Source: the human T2T-CHM13v2.0 reference genome, Homo sapiens
NCBI RefSeq assembly: GCF_009914755.1
Contig: NC_060938.1
Length of the DNA: 64,000 nt
Reading direction: 5' to 3' (one strand)
Both the position numbers and the translations under genes were made by a program. Numbering within the stretch: position 1 is the first letter of the stretch; each line of letters starts with the position of its first letter. Positions 1-15,667 of the stretch are shown piece after piece. The notes beneath the pieces were generated by a model. That model was not told where the DNA came from. It worked only from the letters and a program-made list of their open reading frames with translations, and did not search any database.

Positions 1-179
1 GATTTTCCTTAAACAGGAGACAGGAAGGCAAGGTCAGGAAGGACAGTGAGGCCCATCCAGTGGCCCTTATTCCTCCTGTGAAATCTAAGAGGAAGGTAGA
101 GAGAGAAGGTCCCTCACAGCCCCCTCTGTGGGGCTTGAGAAGCAAGGAAGGCTTGAGGTGGCTGCTGGGAGCCTGGGAG

Positions 180-652
180 TAATGCAGGGCAGATGAGCCC
201 CTAAGTTGGGGCTTAACCCAGGAGGGTTCTTAGTTTCATCCAGGAAAGAATTCTAGGGTGAGCCAGTGGTGTTAGACAGCAACTTTGATTGAAGCAGCAG
301 TGTGCAGCAGCAGGAGAGCAGGGCTACCCCTAGGCAGGGCAGTGCACCCAGAATGGCAGCTCAGAGGCAGTTCTGCAGTCATGTGTATACCCACTTTTAA
401 TAATATGCAAATTAAGGGGAAGATTATGCAGAAATTTCTAGAAAAAGAGTGGTAACTTATGGGTTGTCAGGTCATTACCATGGAAGGGCTGGTAACTTCC
501 TGGTGTAGCCATGGCAATGGTAAACTGACATGGCATGCTGGTGGATGTGTCTTATGGAGAGGTGCTTTCGCCTCCTCCCTGTTTTAGCTAGTCCTCAACC
601 TGGTCCAGTGTCTGAGCCGAGCCTCCAGAGTCAAGTCTTGCCTCCTACCTCA
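180..652 (-). mobile_element. ERV1 MER4-group solo LTR (MER66-like)
   Basis: Reverse strand starts TGAGGTAGGAGGCAAGACTTGACTC and ends CCCTGCATTA; flanks gggag/gggaa are a near-TSD; subfamily from memory. Confidence 0.7.
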
Positions 653-1296
653 GGGAAACCTGGGGCCATAAAAATGTGCTAATACCACTGGGCCATGTTG
701 TGAGCCTTGTCTGGGAATAGGGAGTGGGGACTTCTAGGGAAATTACCTGAGAATCATCAGGTGAGACTGATGAGTTTGGACATTCACTACCTCAGGAGGG
801 CTGGTTTGAAAACCCAGGAGGCCCACCTCTGGTTCTGTTCCTGACCTTGCAATGATAGGATGTTAGGCAAACCTAAAAACTCTTGGGATTTCCACTATCT
901 CACTGGTAGAGCCAGGGACTCATTAGCCTGGATTAGGAGTTGATGAAGTTGGAGAAAGTTGGCTAGAGACTCCCTGCTGCTCATGGAAAAAGCAGTGTAT
1001 GTTACTAATGGCACCACCCACTGCCTGTAAGAGCAGATATTCATGGTAAAGCAAATTCCCTAAGGTCCATACAATTGTTTCCATGGGGTGCAGTGTCCAG
1101 TGGGAAATGATGAGGCTCTGTGTCCAGGATACCAGGAGCCCAGCCTGACGCTGCCTCTAAAAGCCTCTGTGGGGCTTTGGCTAGGTCATTGCATCTTCTG
1201 GCCTCAGTTTCCTCTTCTTGGTTTATGACAAAGCAGACACTTCTCAGGGGGTCGATTTCTGGCCATTTGGAATAGAGGGCAGCTTCACATTGTCTA

Positions 1297-1647
<351 letters not shown>

Positions 1648-1811
1648 GAGTTGAGTTTCTCATCTCTTCTCCCCAACCCAACAGTAAGCACAAATATCAC
1701 AGATTTTCAGAGAGGGATCTGTGTGAACTCATCAGCCTAGTGACTAAGGCTTAGCATGGGTGTTGCAGCTGTGCATGGGCACCCATCATCAGACACAGCC
1801 TTCTGATCACT

Positions 1812-2177
1812 TGATATGGTTTGGCTGTGTCCCCACCCAAATCTCATCGTTAGCTCCCATAATTCCCACATTTTGTAGGAGGGACCCAGTGGGAGATAAA
1901 TGAATCATGGGCATGGTTTCCCCCATACTGTTCTCTTGGTAGTGAATAAGTATCACGAGATCTGATGGTTTTATAAGGGGAAACCCCTTTCACTTGGTTC
2001 TCGTTCTCACTTTGCCTGCCACCATGTAAGACCTGCCTTTGTTCTTCCCTTGCCTTCCGCCATGATTGTGAGGCCTCCCCAGCCATGTGGAACTGTGAGT
2101 CCATTAAACCTCTTTTTCTTTATAAATTACCCAGTCTCGAGGACGTCTTATCAGCAGCATGAAAACGGACTAATACA
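1812..2177 (+). mobile_element. THE1 MaLR solo LTR (THE1C-like)
   Basis: TGATATGGTTTGGCTGTGTCCCCACC to GGACTAATACA; TSD tcact/tcacc. Confidence 0.93.
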
Positions 2178-3100
2178 TCACCTCTCGTCACATGCTCCAG
2201 CCTCTGCACAAGGCTCTGTTGTTTCTGTTCTCAATCCCAGTCCCCAGTTAGTCCCGAAGCTGAGAGCTGGACACAGGCTGTTGCAGTGGCTGAACCTGAA
2301 CAGAACCAGAGCTGCTGGCTCACTGGCTGCAGGCAGCTTGTTCTCTGCCCTCTACAAGGATCTGGGATTTATTTAGCCTGTTTCCCTGGCAGCGCTGGTT
2401 ACAGTGGCAGCATCTGCTTCCCCAGGAGGCTGAGTGAGTCACAGCCACCTACGCTAACCCTTGGCACAGCACAACTCTGTTCTGCTGGGGACCACTGATA
2501 ATAAGCCAGCAGGAAGATGCTGGAACACAGGCTCGATGCAGACAGTGCACTGGGCATGGGGTCCTGGGAAAGGCTTACCTACCTCCTCGTGCAAAAGAGG
2601 TTAAGGCTGGAGGCTGAGTTAACCCTGGCACGCTCTCCCTACAAGAGCTGTTAAGTCTGCTTAACAACTTAACAAAGTGGCTCACCTCAGCTGCTGCCAG
2701 CAGCTACAAGGTCTCATGGGAAAGGCCTGCAGGATTTTGGACTCCAAGTCCAGGCCCTCTTTTCACTATGCAAGGATAAGCCCTCAAATTTGTCTTTCCA
2801 CGGCCACCTCTGCACCCATATTGGCCCCTGGTTCCTTCTGGCTCTCAACCCCAGGACCTTCTTTTAAGACATCGTCAGTCCCTCCTCTGGGCAGCAGTCC
2901 TCAAAACTGTATTCTTTCCCAGGCCCACCCCTTCCTGAAACTTTTATTTCCTCCATCTTGTCTCCCCTTATCATCTGGGTAATCTGAAAAAAATTAGTTG
3001 ATCCCATGTTGTTAATGACTAATAACAGGTTATAGCGCTAGTCTCACAGGTGTTGCATTTACTCTTGACTTTGAAAGCCAGAGAGAACATCAGTCGTATG

Positions 3101-3288
3101 CAATGGTTTCTCCAAATATAGTCCCTGGATTTGTAGCATGAGCTTCATCAGAGAGTTTATTAGAAATGCACATTCCCAGTCCCCACTCCAAACAAATTAC
3201 ATCACAGATTCTGGGGTGGGCACTGACAATCTGTTTGAATCAGCCCTCCAGGGGACTCAGATGCACGCCACGGTCTGAGGACCCCTGG
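3101..3288. mobile_element. MER5A-like hAT-Charlie DNA transposon
   Basis: About 190 bp with degenerate termini and internal ttagaaatgcacattcccagtcccc, cagccctccagggg. Confidence 0.7.
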
Positions 3289-3784
3289 TCTAAGGAAAGA
3301 GATCTATAGCAGTGTATTCTCCACCCTGTGGGGAATGGAGAATTTTTGTCCGTACTTGTCTGGATTCACAGTACAGCTGCAAATATCTCTCTGTTTCATG
3401 CAAGCCACACTGAAGAGGCTTGAGTAGGCAAAGACCCCATTTGCTCCAACTCTGGGGGTTTTCCTATGTCCTTCCTCCAGATTGTTTGAGTCGCATGGAA
3501 AGAAACTGGTGTTTTTTTCATGTGTGGAAAAGGGCAGCATTGCCTCACCTGCCACAGAGAGGGCTTTAGGGATAAAAGGAAACCCACCCATTGGAAATGA
3601 ACAATCTAGCCATCCTGTTTCCTAAGAGCTGAGGAATTCAAGCAGAGGGAAAAGAGACTGATAATATTTATTAATCAATGTGAATTACTCTTTCTTCTAT
3701 CAATTCTTTTTGAACATTTACAGATTGCTCCTATGCTGAGCCCCACGGCCCCACCCTCAGATAGCTTACAGGAGAGTGAGACCA

Positions 3785-4140
3785 TCAGTCAGAATGGGTT
3801 GGGCTATGCCATGGTAACAAACAACCCCACAGTCTTGGGGCCTTAACATAACAAAGGCTCATCTTGCAAATGCTTCATATCCAATGAGGGTCTGCTCTGC
3901 TCCACAAAATCACTCAGGGGCTCAGGGCAATGGAGAATCCACTATCTTGCAGCTGCCCTAGTCATTGCAGCAGGGGAAGAAACAGCTGGAGGTGGTCAGG
4001 TGCTCATCCAGAAGTAAATTCCAACACTTCTGCTTACATCTCACTGGGCAGAATCAGTCCCATGGCTTTACTAACTCCAAGGAGCCAGCAGGTGTATGCC
4101 AAAAGAGAGAAACATGGATATAGTTGGATATTAAAAGACT
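3785..4140 (-). mobile_element. Old MLT1 (MaLR) LTR fragment
   Basis: cagtcagaatgggttgggctatgc...gtaacaaacaacccc pattern of a reversed MLT1K/L end. Confidence 0.5.
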
Positions 4141-4154
4141 TTACCACACTAAGA

Positions 4155-4510
4155 CCACTCATTTATTCATTCACTTATTCTTGAATAAATATTTACAGAA
4201 TGCTTACCACATATCAAGCATTAGGCCAGACCCTGGGGATATAGCATCCCCAGAGCCGCTGCCTTTGCACATTAGAGACAGCCATTAATATTACATTGGT
4301 GCAAACAGTGCCCCCTGCAGGTGTGCAACACAGGAGCCCTGCTGTCTTTTATTTTTCCTGTTTATGTTATGTTTTATCATTACTATCTATCTTCCCCACC
4401 AGAAAGCAAAGTGAGAGAGCTGAGATTTTGTCTGAGTTGCTCGCTGCTATATTTCTGGAGTTTAACACAGTGCCTAGTGACCTCAATAAATATTTAAGTA
4501 AATGACTGAA
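4155..4510. mobile_element. L2 3'-end relics (two pieces, opposite orientation)
   Basis: cattcattcacttattc tail and acagtgcctagtgacctcaataaatattt. Confidence 0.55.
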
Positions 4511-4883
4511 AATGAAAAATTATTGACTATGTTCCCCATCAGTCCCTGCCTTCATGGAGCTTATAATCTGCTGAGTCAGGAGTTGTGTAAACAATTAGCT
4601 GAAGTATTGAGAAAAATCACGCACTAGACAGAGTGAAATACAGGTCAAGTAAAAACCTGGGCCACGTGCCTTGGGAGCGTGAAAAAGCCGGGGATCATTT
4701 TTGACCATGGGTAGGATCAGGGAGATTAACCTTGTTTTACAGGTGAAAAATGAAGATCCAGAGAGGCTTGCAGTGGGCCTGCCCATCAAGGGGTGAGCAG
4801 CAAGGCAGGCAGAAGAATCCTGCCCTACCTCTTGTTTTGGTATTTTTTCTTCTCCCTACACTAATAACTAACAAAGCTTTATA

Positions 4884-5206
4884 TAGTCAGCCTTCCCTAC
4901 CTGCTGGGTCCGCATCCATGGACTCAACCAATTGCAGATTGAAAACATTAAACAACAACAACAACAACAATAAAAATAATACAATTTAAAAAATCAATAC
5001 AGTGTAATGACCATTTGTATAGCGCTTACATTTTATTAGGTTTTAAAAGTAACCTAGAGATGATTTAAAGTATATGGGAGGCTGTGTGTAGGTTATATGC
5101 AAATACTACACCATTTTATATTGTGGACTTAAGCATCCTTGGATTTTGGTGTCCTGGGGTGAGGGGGTCCTGGAATCAATCCCCCTCAGATATCGAATGA
5201 TGACTG
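4884..5206. mobile_element. Tigger3/MER7 Tc1-mariner MITE
   Basis: TA flanks, tagtcagcc...tgactg termini, gtaacctagagatgatttaaagtata core. Confidence 0.85.
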
Positions 5207-6134
5207 TATTTGTACAGCACTTTACCATTTTCCAACAGCTTTCATATACTACATATCTATAACTAGTCTTTAAGGATTAAAAGCCTTAAAAGTCTCTCTC
5301 TAGTCCCCACCCCACCATCCTATACCCAGCCTCAGAATTTGGTCCTCTTTTGATGTCTCTTTGCCTCTGGGAGGAGATGTGGGATGTGTTTCGTTGTGAG
5401 GATGGAACATCCAGTTCTCCCCGCCCTGCCCTACCTCCCAGCACTTGTCCCCACGCCTGCTCCCCAGCTGCCCAGAAGCACCGCATAGAAGAGGCAGCTT
5501 TTCCGAAGGGCATCTGCAGAGCACATGGGAGGGCTCTGTCCCAGCTGTGGTGGACAGAGAAAGGTGGAGGATGTCTCAACCAAAAACTTCTTCCCCTGCA
5601 GGCAAGAAAAGGGCTCATTATTTTCACTTGAGCTCGCAAGTAAAAACAATTACATAAGCTTCCCATCTGGCTTCCAAAGCACTTTTGAAACAATTCCATT
5701 GCAAGTCCTTTCATTTTATGGGGGCTCTAAAGACAGGGCACAGTTAGAGGTTATCACTGGGAATCTTTGTCCCAATGTGTGGCCTTTGTCCCCTCCTGCT
5801 GCCTCACTCCTCTCTCTCTGTCCTTTCCTCTCCCACATGTCTTCCTTCCCTTTCTGCAAATCTGTCCTCCATGAGGGCTCAGCCAAGGCTCTATTCAGTC
5901 TAACAAGCATTTCCTTAGAGCCCACTCTCCACCAGTCCCCTGGTTGGTGCTGGAGATTCCAGGATGGGCAGGACAAAGACAGAGGCTCACGGAGCTTAAA
6001 AGGGGTGAGGCCCATTCATGACACCCACTGGAGATGCCTGCTTTCATCCTATTCCACCTTCTATCCTCGCCCTTTCACAAAATATCTGTCTTCCTGAGAT
6101 TCTATCATGAGTCAAGTAGTGAGCTAAGGGTTGA

Positions 6135-6580
<446 letters not shown>

Positions 6581-6747
6581 CCCAGCCAGCATCCCCGCTA
6601 CACAGCCTGCCTTCCAGCCCCATCCTCCTCCTGGGCCACGCTGCCTCCACCAAAATGCTCAGAATAAAAAGAACAAAGAACAAAGAACAAAGAACTGGAC
6701 AGAGCATTAGCACCATCTCTACCACTCCTCTCTTTTGAGAGTTGGCT

Positions 6748-6961
6748 TTTTCTTTTTTAAATTGGCAAGTAAAGATTGTATATATTTATGGTATAAAACA
6801 TGATGTTTATATATATATACACACACACACACACATTGTAGAATGGCTAAATCAAGCTATTTAACGTATGCATTACCTCACACACTTATTTTTTGTAGTG
6901 AGAACACTTAAGATCTACTCTCTTAGCAATTTTCAAATATACAACATATTGTTATTAACTA
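6748..6961 (-). mobile_element. L1MA (MA8/9-like) 3' end, 5'-truncated
   Basis: gtgagaacacttaagatctactctcttagcaattttcaa; TSD tgagagttggct/tgagagtttgct. Confidence 0.85.
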
Positions 6962-7076
6962 TGAGAGTTTGCTGTAAAAAAAAATCTAGTGATTCTTTCT
7001 AAAAACAAAGGACTTGTGTACCTTAGAGATCATTGTCTCCTCATGTCCCTGAAGTTTTAAAAACCAGATGTTTTGA

Positions 7077-7560
<484 letters not shown>

Positions 7561-8415
7561 TTGATGACTTCTTTACTCCCTAGAGAGCAGAGAAACCTTT
7601 CCTGCCTAGCCTGTGGCCTCGGTCTTAGAAGTCATCTCTGGAGTCCAGCAAGCCTCACAGATGCTGGGCTAGCTTTTCACATCCTTTGAGGTGGTTTCAA
7701 TGATCTAAGTAAGAAGAGGCACACACTGCCAGTTTACTGCCAAGCTTCACTCTTAGCCCTCCTTTACCCTACAGTGCTCTGGGGAGGGGAGGAGATGGCA
7801 AAGACCCTCCCCAGGGAGGTTTCTGAAAGGTCACATCCAGCACTGGAAAGCGCTGGAGGGTGATGTGTTGGTCTCAGTGTAACCTGCATTTGCATGTGGA
7901 TTTCAAGCATCCTCCTAAACAAGCCAAATGTCCAGGAATGGATAGACTCCACAGTAAGATTTTGTGATTTTGGTGTCTAAAGCTGTCTTCATTTTTTTTT
8001 TTTTTATTCCACCTCGTCCACCCACTCCAGCCAGCTGAAATTCCCTGTGCCAAAAGTATGGAGAGAAGATGTCAGGAACGTGTGAGAACTCCCCCAGACG
8101 GTCTTTTGGAGTCACCCTGCCCTCCCAGACAATTTTGGTGCCGGCTGCCTCCAGGAACCTGACTCTCTCAGTCTCTTACTGTTTCGCTCCGTGGGTCAAG
8201 TCTCTGCAAAGCCTTCACGCTGAGCCTTGCCTTGCAGGCAGCCTTTGTGAGGCAGTCATCATGGCTCAGCTAACTGCAGCAGGAAGAGGCAGACATGGAG
8301 CTAAAAGCACAGCAGCTGGGATTCCAGGAAAGCAGGAAGTTCTGCAGTTAGCATCAGGTTAGTCTACCAGCGAGAGTGGAGCTGGGTCATAGGCCCAGGT
8401 TGAGGGTAAGGACCC

Positions 8416-8771
8416 TGAGATGGTTTGGCTGTGTCCCCACCCGAATCTCCTTTTGAATTGTAGCTCTCATAAGTCCCACGTGTTGTGGGAGGGATCTGGT
8501 GGGAGACGATTGAATCGTGGGGGTGGTTTCCCCCATAGTGTTCTTATGGTGGTGAATAAGTCTCATGAGATCTGATGGTTTTATAAGGAGTTTCCCCTTT
8601 TGCTTGGCTCTCATTCTCTCTTGCCTGCTGCCATGTAAGATGTGCATTTTGCCTTTGATTGTGAGGTCTCCTCAGCCATGTGGAACTGTGAGTTCATTAA
8701 ACCTATTTTTCTTTATAAATTACCCAGTCTCGGGTATGTCTTTATCAGCAGCATTAGAACAGACTCATACA
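8416..8771 (+). mobile_element. THE1 solo LTR (THE1C/B-like)
   Basis: TGAGATGGTTTGGCTGTGTCCCC to AGACTCATACA; TSD gaccc/aaccc. Confidence 0.92.
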
Positions 8772-8900
8772 AACCCCCGTCTCTGAGAAGTCCAGTCCTA
8801 GAAGGACCGAGTTACTGGGGCAAGACTCATATGGAGCAGGGTGAAGAACAATACCTTGCTGCAACAATCCAGATGGGCATTTTATTGTCTCATCCATGGC

Positions 8901-8931
<31 letters not shown>

Positions 8932-9784
8932 CTGGGACTTCATGTCAGAGTTGTAGAAGCAACAATAGTAACTCAATGCCAAATACTGGAAAATTAAAGC
9001 TGAGCTACAGAAATGTCTCCAGCTAAAGTCAGGCATACTGGACACCCTTTTTCTAGGACTAACTCCCCAGTTAGAACACACCCCTCACAGTTACTTTCCC
9101 CACATGTTCCCACCCCAGTAGCTCCCATGGCTACTACAGAATCATCAGCTATTTTGGGCCCAAGGTGATTGGCCCAAGGGTGACTTGTGACGAAAGATAG
9201 GCCAAATCAGGGCCCTTTCCAGAGATGTTTAGACTTGGGGCTCAAGTCTTTGAGACAGCTTCTCCCTGGTGACTATAGCAGACCCTGTCAATGTCCAACA
9301 CCTGTCCCCTCATCATTGCTGACTCAATGTGACATCCATCTGTTCTGACGTCACATGATACATTCCCTTTACTGGATTCTCTGCACACTCTATGGACCAA
9401 CACGTTCTTCAAATAGTTAATGTGCCATTAATAATCTGATATTCCTGCTTCCTTTCCACTTACATTTTGCTCTGTTAAATGCCAAAAGATCAAGAATAAT
9501 TTAGTCATTTTTTTCCCACTGGGTTTCACATAGCTTCTTTCAGAGCAGTCAAAAAATTCTTACTTAATTTTGAAGCAAAAGAATCCCTGAAACTCTATAG
9601 CCCCTCCCCAGTATCTAGAACCTTTCCTGGGATTTGGAGCTTCTGAGTGGCCCTTTTTAATACCAGACACCTGAGCCAAACCTTAGTTAGTTTCAGTAAA
9701 AGCTCCTCAAGCTTGAAGTTAGGTGAACTTCCAATAAGCTGTCTTCCCAAAGAAACAGATTTAGCTATTTTTGTGCTACGCACT

Positions 9785-9915
9785 TGCTTCATCTAGTAGA
9801 TTATAAACTTTTGGAGGAGAAGAAATGAGTGTTAGCTATCTTTGTATTCCTTGGCTCAGTACCTTACACTGAGTAAATATTTAATAAGTACAACTTTGCT
9901 ACATAAATGAATCAT
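9785..9915 (+). mobile_element. L2 3' end relic
   Basis: tagattataaact...ctttgtattcct...taaatgaat. Confidence 0.5.
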
Positions 9916-10919
9916 TCAATCACATTCCCTGTGTTAAGTATAAAATTAACGATTTAAGCATCATGAATCAAATAGATAACCCCACTAGGATATATCTTAA
10001 GTTGTGCTGTTATAGACCTAATGGGTGGTTTTATAATGGACCCCCAATATTAATAAAATTCAGCAAAACTAATTGGCACTTTACTTTTGCATATAGCACA
10101 CCCAACTGCTAAGAGCTAAATTTCCAAGTATGTATCCTACATAGGGAAAATCTTTTACCTTCCCCATCAAAGAGTGTTTAACTCATTGTTGGTGAATAGG
10201 GAAGTCTCTCCGGCTAAGCAGAAATGGAACCTGCCCAAGGGCATGGAGGAGACACTTTGAATGATCAGGGAGTATTTGGTCAGTCTGGCATAGGCCAATG
10301 TTCAATTAGAAACAAGAGAGAGCCCTTCCTACCGCCTCAATCCAGAAAGCAGGGGTCATGGCACCCCTGAAAGATGCTCTGGGGAGAACCCATAGGAAGT
10401 GGATACAGAGAGGTCCTGCTGTGTGGCAGATCCAACAGGACACGAGTAGAGACGGAATAACCCCACGAGTGACAGCTCTAGGGACAATGTGGCTTTCCAA
10501 AGGCTTGGGACCCAGGGTTACTCCAGCTTCCCACTTCCTGCTGCACACAGACCCCCACCCACAGCAGGCCAGGCCCCCCACGTGAAGTCTTCATACAGCC
10601 CTCAGATTTTTGTGAAGGGAGAGAAGACAGTCCACTCTCAGAGGAACACAGGGACAGGGCACAGAAATTCCCACCCCTTGTGGGCCAAGAGAGGAAATTA
10701 GAAGGCCCGAGGCAGAGAAACACTGTGCTATGCACCTCCACGTTGACTCTACTTCCAGGCAGGCAGCCTGGGTGAGAGGTACACACACACATAGATGAAC
10801 GTGCAGGATGCTGGGGTGGCTCAGTGGAAGCACAGAGCTGGGGAGAAGCCTCTGCTCCCCATGGTCTCTCCGGGCTTCAAGCCTTCCCAGCTCTATCTGG
10901 TACTGGGACAGGTCCTGCT

Positions 10920-11400
10920 GCTGGAGGCCATCCGTGGTTCACCCAGTGTCCACTCCACCATCCAATGGTAATGGCACCCTGGTTTTCCTCTGGGGACCCA
11001 GCCTTTCCCCACACTCAGTCCTCGTGACCTCGTCTTCCTGCTCTAGAAATAGACACACATGCCCTGTGCTGGCCAAACAGTGGGTTCCATCTCCCTGGCC
11101 ACTGCACTGATTTAAGGGGAGGACATGTGACCAAAGCTCAAATGGTCAGCCCAGCGTTCATGGCTGGAATGGAGGAAAGAGGCACCCTTTTTCCATGGGG
11201 TGAGGCCAGAGATTTGGGTTAGGGGTGGGGAAGTGAAGGGCATTGTGTGGGGAGTGGGTGCCTGAGAATGAAACCAAACAGGGAGGTCAAGGGAACAGCA
11301 CAGCCTTGGCTCAATCCACTATGTCAGCCAAGAAACCTGCTGTGCTTAAACCGGATTAGGTTTTCAGTGCTTATAACTAAATGAGCTCTTCATTTGAATA
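10920..11400 (+). mobile_element. ERVL LTR relic (LTR33/LTR16C-like)
   Basis: ctggccactgcactgatttaaggggaggacatgtgaccaaag and a gcttaaaccggattaggttttc end. Confidence 0.5.
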
Positions 11401-11441
11401 CAACTGCTGATGGTCCTCCCATTAGAAAAGAGAACAAAAGG

Positions 11442-11786
<345 letters not shown>

Positions 11787-12464
11787 TTACCATGGTGGCA
11801 ACTTTGAAGGGTCCCCGTTTCATGCCTTTCTCTTTTCTCCTCCAAGAGCATTCGCCACCCAGGCAATACTCCTTTGAGAGGCAGCCTGTGAATCCCAACA
11901 ACCAGGGAGCGCGCCACTTTCTTCCCCACCCGCCCCCTTGCGTCATGAAGTCCGATGGTGGAGCAGAGGGCTGTGAGTTTTAGACTTTTCATTCCATAGA
12001 CCAGAAAATTGCTGAAATTAGTAGACATTTGAAGTGGCTCTTCCTCAAGCCCAGAAAAGATTTCTGCTGTTGCTATGTTTAAAAGCCCAGCAGCAAGTTG
12101 TTTTGGCTTGTGTCTTATTGTTATATAATAAACATGATAAGCTCTGTAAGCTCTGAACATTGGTTGCAAGGATGAAAATAGAGGCCTCACAATAATATGA
12201 GCCCTGGAGATGCTTTGTAGAGGGCGGGGGGAAGATAATAGTTTTCTGTGAGTGTTCAAATAGCAATGTGTGTAGTAGATTCTAAATTGCTATGTAAATT
12301 CCCAAAGGAAACAGTAGGGGAAAAAAGAAGAAGGTTATAGATTAAAAGGAACAGGTTATATATTAATGCGAGGGAAAAATGTAATCAACAACCACATGAG
12401 AGCTATTTTTAATAAGACGGGACCCAGGAGAGGTGGACTGATCTATTGTAGAAAGGAGATAAGC

Positions 12465-12950
12465 TTTCTACGCTATGTAACAAATTACTATAAACCTAGC
12501 GGCTTAATGAAACACAAATTTGTGATCACCTAGGAGCTCAGAGCAGTCCCCAGTAACAGCCAGCAAGAAAGTGAGGCAGAAGTGCAGGTGTGGTGTGGCT
12601 GCGTTCTCTGCGTAGGGTCTCATAAGATTGGCATCAAAAATTTAGTTGCTTGTGGTTGTAGGACTGAGTTGCCCACCTCCTGCTGGCTGTTACTGGGGAC
12701 TGCTCTGAGCTCCTGGAGGCCTCTCCTATTTTCTCATCCTGTAGCCCTCTTATAATGTAGCTATTGGTTCCTTCAAGAAAAATCCCTCTCATGCTTCCAA
12801 TCTCTCTGACTTCTTTGATCTCTAACCTCTACACCCTCTTTTAAAGAGTTCACTTGATTAGGCCAGGCCCACCCACTCAAGGGATGGGGATTACACAGGT
12901 TGTGCACACTGGGTGAGGGAATCTTGGGGGTCACTTTAGAATTCTATTAC
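12465..12950 (-). mobile_element. MLT1 (D/E/F-like) LTR containing an inverted duplication
   Basis: gtaacaaattactataaacctagcggcttaa...gattaggccaggcccaccc...gggaatcttgggggtcactttagaattct. Confidence 0.7.
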
Positions 12951-13007
12951 AGCGATCAAACTTTTGTGCCAAAGCAGGGACCCAAAATGTGTAATTTTAA
13001 TGCACTA

Positions 13008-13389
13008 CATTATGGACTGAATGTTTGTGCCTTGCCTCACCCCAATTCATTTGTTGAAGTCCTAACTCCCAATGTGATGGTATTTGGAGGTGGGCCCTTT
13101 GGGAAGTAATTCGGTTTAGATGAGGTCATGAGGATGGGCCCCCATGATGGGATTAGTGTCTTATAAGAAAAGGAACAGAGACCACATACTCTTTCTCTCT
13201 CTTTCTCTCTGCCATGTGAGGAACACAGTGAGAAGGCAATCATCTGTAAAGCAGGAAGAGAGCCTTCCCCAGGAGTTGAATCTGCCAGCATCTTGATCTT
13301 GGACTTCCCAGCCTCCAGAACCACCAGAGAGAAATGCCTGTTGTCTGAACCACCGTATGTTACCCTGTTACAGCAGCCTGAGCTAAGAT
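13008..13389 (+). mobile_element. MLT1A LTR
   Basis: tatggactgaatgtttgtg to cagcagcctgagctaaga. Confidence 0.88.
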
Positions 13390-13549
13390 GATACTGGAGG
13401 CCCAGTTAATCTACCTCAACATGACCCTTTTGTAACACAGGCTGGACAAAGGCTGTGAAAACACTCAGTATCTAGAGTTTTCCAATGTGTGTGTCCTTCC
13501 CTATACACTTCATTTGCTTATCCCCTTATTCATTCAACAAAGGAGTTCC

Positions 13550-13706
13550 TTTTCTTTTCTTTTCTTTCCTTCCTTCCTTCCTTTCTTTCTTTTGACAGGG
13601 TTTCACCATGTTGGCCAGGCTGAGCTTAACTCCTGACCCCAAGTGATCCACCTGCCAAGGCCTCCCAAAGTGCTGGGATTACAGGCGTGAGCCACTGTGC
13701 CTGGCC
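13550..13706 (-). mobile_element. Alu left arm only, (TTCC)n tail
   Basis: AluS-type left arm; TSD aaggagttcctt/aaggagctctt. Confidence 0.88.
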
Positions 13707-14176
13707 AAGGAGCTCTTATTGTCATCTCTGCACTGTGCTTGACCCCAGAGCCAGGACTAGGCTGGGGCCAATGAGGCATTGAGCAGACAAAGTTTAAGGA
13801 GAAACTCACTTGCACAACCCTGAGAGTGAGTGCCACCTGGCATTGTCTGCCCTCCACCCCCTCCTGGCCCTTCCAGGCACAGAGGAAACAAAGATTTTTT
13901 TTTAAGCCACTTTCTTCCTCAAGACACCCACAGGTTAAGAGGTCAGAAACAGGGCATACCACACTGGCCTTTGGCACCTCAATTGCTCACTTCACAAGAG
14001 CACAAAATGTCCCCTAAGAAGAGCAGCTGAGTATAATGGAAAAAGTTAAGTGTCCTCTTCTGACCTTTGATGATTCAAAAGTTTAGAGTCATTTTTAACA
14101 CTATTCAAAGGAAATGTGACACTCATATAAACTTGATGCTACATGTCATTGAATCACAGCTCTAAAGAAACCTACA

Positions 14177-15667
<1,491 letters not shown>

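Noticed and set aside
5286-6097. 142-aa and 190-aa ORFs
   Set aside because: No recognisable family or convincing splice structure; consistent with chance
6668-6695. (AAAGAAC)4 and other short tracts such as poly-T at 8901 and (TG)n at 44482
   Set aside because: Ordinary simple repeats
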